Virus record (IMG/VR): IMGVR_UViG_3300047554_000329
Span: 28,925 to 92,924 of that record
Length of the DNA: 64,000 bases
DNA from: a virus
Reading direction: 5' to 3' (one strand)
A program made the position numbers and the translations under genes. Positions 59,483 through 64,000 of this stretch are shown in pieces (the stretch's first letter is position 1; each line of letters begins with the position of its first letter). Under the pieces are notes generated by a model, which was not told the DNA's origin, made no database searches, and worked only from the letters and a program-made list of their open reading frames with translations.

Positions 59483-59668
59483 ATGGACAGAAAGACAAAG
59501 AGACAGAACGACAGGCTTCTGAACTCAATCAAGCGTAAGGCTAAGAAAGATATGGAGAACTGGATGTTGGCTCTCCCAGAACTGCCAAGTGAAGGCGAAG
59601 TAAAGGCTTTCCAGGCTGGATACATTGCAGGTGTTAGTAGAGGTTCGATTGAAAATGAGAGAGTTTAA
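59483..59668 (+). CDS. Hypothetical protein
   Basis: ORF. Confidence 0.55.
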   Translation: MDRKTKRQNDRLLNSIKRKAKKDMENWMLALPELPSEGEVKAFQAGYIAGVSRGSIENERV

Positions 59669-59834
59669 CGAGCCATATTACAATGGCAACGGCTGTGTCT
59701 GTTGCGAGGCTCCAGAAGGGGTCGTAGAGTACCGTGAAAGGCTGCTAGAGGCTCTTAAACAAGAGCAGGAGCGTTCTAGGCTAGGCTTTATTCAATATAA
59801 GACTTTGGAAAGGATTGTCAATGAGACTCGTTGA
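59655..59834 (+). CDS. Hypothetical protein
   Basis: ORF with a CVCC motif. Confidence 0.5.
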   Translation: MREFNEPYYNGNGCVCCEAPEGVVEYRERLLEALKQEQERSRLGFIQYKTLERIVNETR

Positions 59835-59949
59835 GGGAACTCTAGCCATTGCTGGTATATTAGTTTTAGCTTTTATTACTTGGCTGGTTGAGAGATACAA
59901 AAAAGATAAGTGGGATGACCTAGATTTCTACGATGGTGAGGAATCTTAA
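59821..59949 (+). CDS. Small membrane protein
   Basis: Single TM helix followed by an acidic tail. Confidence 0.45.
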   Translation: MRLVEGTLAIAGILVLAFITWLVERYKKDKWDDLDFYDGEES

Positions 59950-60015
59950 TGTGTTCTAAGTGTGATTTAGACTCAGAGCAGTCGGTGGTGTATGAATTAG
60001 ATAGGCTGGAAGAAC

Positions 60016-60447
60016 TTGGCTAGGATTGTTTTAGTTACAGGAGGTTTTGACCCAGTACACTCTGGACATATTAACTATATTAGGAGTGCTAAAGAGCTGG
60101 GAGATAAGCTGTTCATTGGTCTTAATTCTGATGCCTGGCTAACTCGTAAAAAGGGTAAGCCATTTATGCCATTCTATGAGCGTGAGGCTGTGCTAGACAG
60201 CATTAAGGGCGTTGATGGAGTATTTGGATTTGACGACTCCGATGGCTCTGCTAAAGATGCTATCAATGCTATGCTTAATCACTTCAAGAATGACCACATT
60301 ATCTTTGCTAACGGTGGAGATAGAACAAGCATAAACATTCCAGAGATGGACATAGAATCTGACAGGCTATCGTTTGAGTTTGGTGTTGGTGGATTCTACA
60401 AAGCTAACAGTTCTAGTTGGCTTCTGAACGATTGGAAGAAAGATTAA
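60016..60447 (+). CDS. Cytidylyltransferase-family (HIGH) nucleotidyltransferase
   Basis: TGGFDPVHSGH, GLNSD, RKKG.P, ER, FANGGDR, SSS. Confidence 0.9.
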   Translation: MARIVLVTGGFDPVHSGHINYIRSAKELGDKLFIGLNSDAWLTRKKGKPFMPFYEREAVLDSIKGVDGVFGFDDSDGSAKDAINAMLNHFKNDHIIFANGGDRTSINIPEMDIESDRLSFEFGVGGFYKANSSSWLLNDWKKD

Positions 60448-61162
60448 ATTAGTTGCCTTTGACTTGGATGGTACACTTACAGAATCCAAGCAACCGATAG
60501 ACAATAAGACTGCTAGGTTTCTAACCAGTCTTGCTAATGATTATGAGATAGCCATTGTTACTGGCGGTACAATGGAGCAGATTAAAACACAGGTATTAGA
60601 TAGACTGCCAGACTGGGTGCAAAGCAAGATGCATCTAATGCCCTGCTCAGGTGCTGAGTACTTTAGGTTTGGAGATACACTCTATCGTAAGTTTATCTCA
60701 AAGCAAGAGAGGGCAGTCATGGTTCCGATGGTCACTGGACTACTAAAACAGATGGGGTATTGGATTGAGAACCCTGCAGGAGACATCATAGAAGACAGGG
60801 GCTCACAGATAACAATCTCAGCACTGGGACAAAAAGCAAAGCCAAAGGATAAAGAAGAGTGGGACCCATACGGAAATAAGCGTAGAGAGATTAGGGATGC
60901 TGTCAAAGCAATGTACCCAGACTATAGCGTTAGAGTTGGTGGACTAACTAGCGTAGACATTTCAATGCCTGGGATTGATAAAGAGTTTGCAATCAAAGAG
61001 CTTCTTGAATGGAATCAGTTTGAGCCATCAGATGTTCTTTATGTTGGGGATAAGTTTAGACCAGGAGAGAATGACTATCCTGCTCTACTAGTTGGAGTCA
61101 CCTGTCTAAGAGTAACAAGTTATACAGACACACCTAGGGTTGTTGGCAAGTATCTTGGCTAA
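60443..61162 (+). CDS. HAD-IIB phosphomannomutase (eukaryotic PMM-like)
   Basis: KLVAFDLDGTL, IVTGG, IEDRGSQIT, VGGLTSVDI..GIDK, VGDKFRPGENDY; probable ATT start. Confidence 0.8.
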   Translation: MKLVAFDLDGTLTESKQPIDNKTARFLTSLANDYEIAIVTGGTMEQIKTQVLDRLPDWVQSKMHLMPCSGAEYFRFGDTLYRKFISKQERAVMVPMVTGLLKQMGYWIENPAGDIIEDRGSQITISALGQKAKPKDKEEWDPYGNKRREIRDAVKAMYPDYSVRVGGLTSVDISMPGIDKEFAIKELLEWNQFEPSDVLYVGDKFRPGENDYPALLVGVTCLRVTSYTDTPRVVGKYLG

Positions 61163-61262
61163 GTTTGGTTGGTGTATGACAGGGCATCACAAGGACTGTA
61201 TCGTAATAACTTCTTGGAAAATAGAATGCTCTTGTGATTGTCATAAATCTGTGATAGAATAG
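61155..61262 (+). CDS. Small Cys/His-rich protein
   Basis: MAKFGWCMTGHHKDC..CSCDCH. Confidence 0.55.
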   Translation: MAKFGWCMTGHHKDCIVITSWKIECSCDCHKSVIE

Positions 61263-61268
61263 ATACCT

Positions 61269-61309
61269 AACCACGCTGGTTGATTAAGTTCCTGGCGTGG
61301 TTTCTTTTT
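61269..61309 (+). terminator. Intrinsic terminator
   Basis: AACCACGC(T)GG..CCTGGCGTGGTT hairpin followed by TCTTTTT. Confidence 0.7.
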
Positions 61310-61319
61310 GGAGGGCAGT

Positions 61320-61529
61320 ATGAAGTGTAACAAATGTAATACAGAAATGACCCCATTCGTATATGGATTTCCATCTGGGGAACTATTTGACCTAGCAGAC
61401 GCTGGAAAGGTAATCCTTGGTGGCTGTAGTGTTGGTGAGTATCAGCCTACCCATTACTGTAATGTATGCCAAGAACAATATCCATCTAATGAGACAGAGT
61501 ACTTGGGCTACGATGAGCTTGGTGTTTAG
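61320..61529 (+). CDS. Small zinc-ribbon protein
   Basis: CNKC..YGFP..LGGC..CNVC. Confidence 0.65.
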   Translation: MKCNKCNTEMTPFVYGFPSGELFDLADAGKVILGGCSVGEYQPTHYCNVCQEQYPSNETEYLGYDELGV

Positions 61530-61636
61530 AGGCTAACGAGTCTACGCTTTGTAGGGTCAAACATCTTTGGGTGTTTCTTAGATGCCTTACCGTTATTGCG
61601 GTTGCTGTTGCGAACGTTGGTTTTCTTTGCTGCCAT
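61526..61636 (-). CDS. Small basic peptide (36 aa, leaderless)
   Basis: MAAKKTNVRNSNRNNGKASKKHPKMFDPTKRRLVSL; TATAAT 6 nt upstream. Confidence 0.55.
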   Translation of the reverse strand: MAAKKTNVRNSNRNNGKASKKHPKMFDPTKRRLVSL

Positions 61637-61737
61637 ACCTATATTATACACTAAAAGAATTCACTTCGATTCATAATGTTGTTAACCTAATTAACAGATA
61701 GTGAAGTTATAATTAAAGTATTGCTAAGGAGGCAATT

Positions 61738-62739
61738 ATGAAAAAACTACTAACTATCGCAGTAAGTGCAACACTAGCCATAGGAGTCATTACTCCTGCC
61801 CACGCAGAGACAACTGTGTCTGGCACTGGCTCTTCATATGTAAATAATCTAATGCAGAACTGTAAAGACGGTGCTGTAAGAGCAAACTATGTGGCATCTG
61901 GTTCAGGTGCTGGAAAAACACAGTTCGCTTCTGGCACGGTAGACTTTGGTGCTACCGATGCTCCATATCTACCAACAGACATAAAGCCAGACTTTCCATT
62001 TGGATATGTTCCAATTGCAGGTGGTCCAGTTGCTATTGTGTATAATGTCGAAGGCGTACGCTCACTAAGGCTGACAAGCAAAGTTATCTCTGATATCTAT
62101 CTTGGCAAGATTACCAAGTGGAACGCTAAGGCTATTGCTGACATCAACAAGGGAGTCAAGCTTCCTAATACAAAGATTAATCCTGTCTATAGAGGCGATT
62201 CTTCTGGCACATCAGCAAACTTTACAACCTACCTAGCACAGACCGTTAAAGGTTCTGGCTGGGTCAAGGACTCAACATCATTCATGCTTGCTAACAAAGT
62301 TGTTGGAACTGCTGGGGTAAAAAGTGTTGGTCTAGCAACTGTAGTAAGACAGACACCAGGCTCAATCGGATACCTTGACTTGGGAGATGCTGTCGCTCAG
62401 AAGCTATCTTATGCATACCTGCAGAACGCTCTTGGGTCATTCGTAAAGCCAACAGTAATAAACTCTGCAACCTTTATCGCTGCTCAGACAGTGACTTCAG
62501 ATGGGCTGGTCAAGTTTGACTACAACAAGAAGGTACGTGGTGGATATAACCTATCGTTGGTTTCATATGCTATCGTGTCACTAAAGAAGTCACTAGACAG
62601 TGCTGCTGTTAAGACATTCTTTAACTATCTTGTTAACAGCTGTGTTCCTGCTAACGGAGTTCGACTAGGATATGCTCCTATCTCTAATGCGGTAAAAGCA
62701 TACGCTAGAAAGACTATCAATCTTATTGGCACAAAGTAA
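61738..62739 (+). CDS. pstS: Phosphate ABC transporter substrate-binding protein
   Basis: Signal peptide; GTGSS, GSGAGK..F..GTVDFGATD, IYLGKITKWN, RGDSSGTS..FT.YL, GSIGY. Confidence 0.93.
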   Translation: MKKLLTIAVSATLAIGVITPAHAETTVSGTGSSYVNNLMQNCKDGAVRANYVASGSGAGKTQFASGTVDFGATDAPYLPTDIKPDFPFGYVPIAGGPVAIVYNVEGVRSLRLTSKVISDIYLGKITKWNAKAIADINKGVKLPNTKINPVYRGDSSGTSANFTTYLAQTVKGSGWVKDSTSFMLANKVVGTAGVKSVGLATVVRQTPGSIGYLDLGDAVAQKLSYAYLQNALGSFVKPTVINSATFIAAQTVTSDGLVKFDYNKKVRGGYNLSLVSYAIVSLKKSLDSAAVKTFFNYLVNSCVPANGVRLGYAPISNAVKAYARKTINLIGTK

Positions 62740-62752
62740 GCTCGGCGGAATA

Positions 62753-62783
62753 GGGGGAGGCTAGTCCTCCCTCTTTTTCTTTT
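62753..62783 (+). terminator. Intrinsic terminator after pstS
   Basis: GGGGGAGG-CTAGT-CCTCCCTC hairpin followed by a T tract. Confidence 0.8.
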
Positions 62784-62808
62784 CGGCGGAAAATAGAGGA
62801 ACCAATGC

Positions 62809-62837
62809 TTGACAAGCAAGCAAGTAACCCTTATAAT
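62809..62837 (+). promoter_or_regulatory. Consensus sigma-A promoter
   Basis: TTGACA-17 nt-TATAAT. Confidence 0.85.
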
Positions 62838-62871
62838 AGATATACAAGGTCCATTAAACGAGAGAGAACGA

Positions 62872-63360
62872 ATGCAAACCTTTTTACCTTATAAAGACTT
62901 CGACAAGTCTGCACAAGCCCTAGACAGCAAACGACTTAACAAACAGATTCTAGAGTGCTACCAAATTCTTAATGTATTGTCTAACAAAGACCCACGAGCT
63001 GGATGGCGTAACCACCCTGCTGTAAAGATGTGGCGTGGCTTTGAACACCTACTACTTGACTACACTATGTCTATGGTTAAAGAAGCAAATGTTCGTGGTA
63101 TTAAGACTGACAAGAACATGAGCAATCTTATGGACCTTATTAACACCTATGGTATTGACTGGGGATTTGACATTCCTGCCTGGTATGAGAATGACCTTAC
63201 CATGAAGCGTCTTACCACTACACACAAAGCAAACCTATACAAGAAAGACCCAGTATACTACTACGACTTCTTTAGCTCGCTAGCAGACAGCAACCCTTGT
63301 TGCCCTAACCGTAAAGAACCGTGCAAGTATTACTGGGTGGCACATGAGGAGGCAGCATGA
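62872..63360 (+). CDS. Pyrimidine-dimer DNA glycosylase/endonuclease V-like (MSMEG_6728 family)
   Basis: MQTFLPY..LDSKRLNKQILE..GWRNHPAVKMW..HKANLYKKDP. Confidence 0.85.
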   Translation: MQTFLPYKDFDKSAQALDSKRLNKQILECYQILNVLSNKDPRAGWRNHPAVKMWRGFEHLLLDYTMSMVKEANVRGIKTDKNMSNLMDLINTYGIDWGFDIPAWYENDLTMKRLTTTHKANLYKKDPVYYYDFFSSLADSNPCCPNRKEPCKYYWVAHEEAA

Positions 63361-63448
63361 CATTTTTGTGGGGTATGGCAGCAGGTATGGTATTAGCCTC
63401 TGCATTAAACCTATTATTTAAATACCTTGACTATCGTAAGGAAAACAA

Positions 63449-63682
63449 GTGAAGCTACCTAACATATTTAAATGGCGTGTACGCCTCGTACAGCAAGGCT
63501 ATGACCTGGGATGGAAGCATGGCTACGAAGCAGGTATGGATGAACAACACAAACAGATTATAGATAAACTTAATCAGCTTATTCATGACGTTGATTGGCT
63601 CAAGGAAGACCCATATACTCGTAAAGAATTGATTGAAGTAATCAAGCAACACAGGTCAGACAAAGAGCCTGTTGGATGGTAA
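63449..63682 (+). CDS. Hypothetical protein
   Basis: GYDLG/GYEAG repeats. Confidence 0.55.
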   Translation: MKLPNIFKWRVRLVQQGYDLGWKHGYEAGMDEQHKQIIDKLNQLIHDVDWLKEDPYTRKELIEVIKQHRSDKEPVGW

Positions 63683-64000
63683 AGAAGTCTGACTTTGACC
63701 TTGACCTAAAATTTGGGGTAGAGGGAGAGAACACAGTAGCCAATCTCCTTAGTATAGACACCGTAGAGGTAAAGAGAGATGCTCGTTGGAAAGAAACAGG
63801 TAATCTCTATATTGAAACTGAGTGTTGGTATAATAGCTCACAGTCATGGGAGCCATCAGGTTTGTCTGTATCAAAGGCTACTCACTATGCTTTTGTGTTG
63901 GAGGGTATGGTAGTAATCCTACCAACAGACCAACTAAAAGAAATAACCTATAGTAATGGAAGACCTATCGAATGTAAGATAGAACCTAACCCATCTAAGG
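63676..64000 (+). CDS. PD-(D/E)xK nuclease-like protein, 3'-truncated
   Basis: FDLDLKFGVEGE..VEVKRD..TGNLYIE..PSGLSVSKATHY. Confidence 0.65.
   Translation, partial: MVKKSDFDLDLKFGVEGENTVANLLSIDTVEVKRDARWKETGNLYIETECWYNSSQSWEPSGLSVSKATHYAFVLEGMVVILPTDQLKEITYSNGRPIECKIEPNPSK

Noticed and set aside
1-64000. Stop-codon reassignment, integrase/prophage boundaries, or a DGR/retron
   Set aside because: Genes are intact in the standard code with TAA, TAG and TGA all used as stops. No suppressor tRNA, integrase or reverse transcriptase is in the window.

Overview
This is a 64-kb segment of a large, AT-rich (about 40% GC by eye) tailed dsDNA phage with siphovirus-type morphogenesis genes. The host is most likely an actinobacterium, based on WhiB, an FmdB-type zinc ribbon, an MSMEG_6728/DenV-like glycosylase and many leaderless genes. 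Gene order: a 5'-truncated structural protein; portal, protease/scaffold and capsid; head-tail genes; tail tube; two paralogous tail chaperones; a 2488-aa tape measure; tail-tip genes; a replication/recombination block (DnaB, DnaG, SSB, DnaE, MazG, RecA, Cas4-like, RuvC); a displaced terminase. An accessory region follows, with a secreted PA14 coiled-coil protein, 7 tRNAs, an M23 endolysin, WhiB, an inverted glycosyltransferase/methyltransferase operon, Hsp20, thioredoxin, GroES, ThyX, a Stealth-like transferase, a nucleotidyltransferase, a HAD phosphomannomutase and PstS. The most notable unexplained signals are: (1) a covarying H-type pseudoknot repeated just after the SSB and Hsp20 stop codons; (2) tail chaperones G and GT made by gene duplication instead of frameshifting; (3) highly structured RNAs between the tRNAs, plus an atypical tRNA-Tyr; (4) probable AUU start codons; (5) a ROSE-like thermometer and a PHO-box-like array; (6) a dispersed sugar-activation and glycosylation pathway. 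All calls are by eye; no database searches were run.
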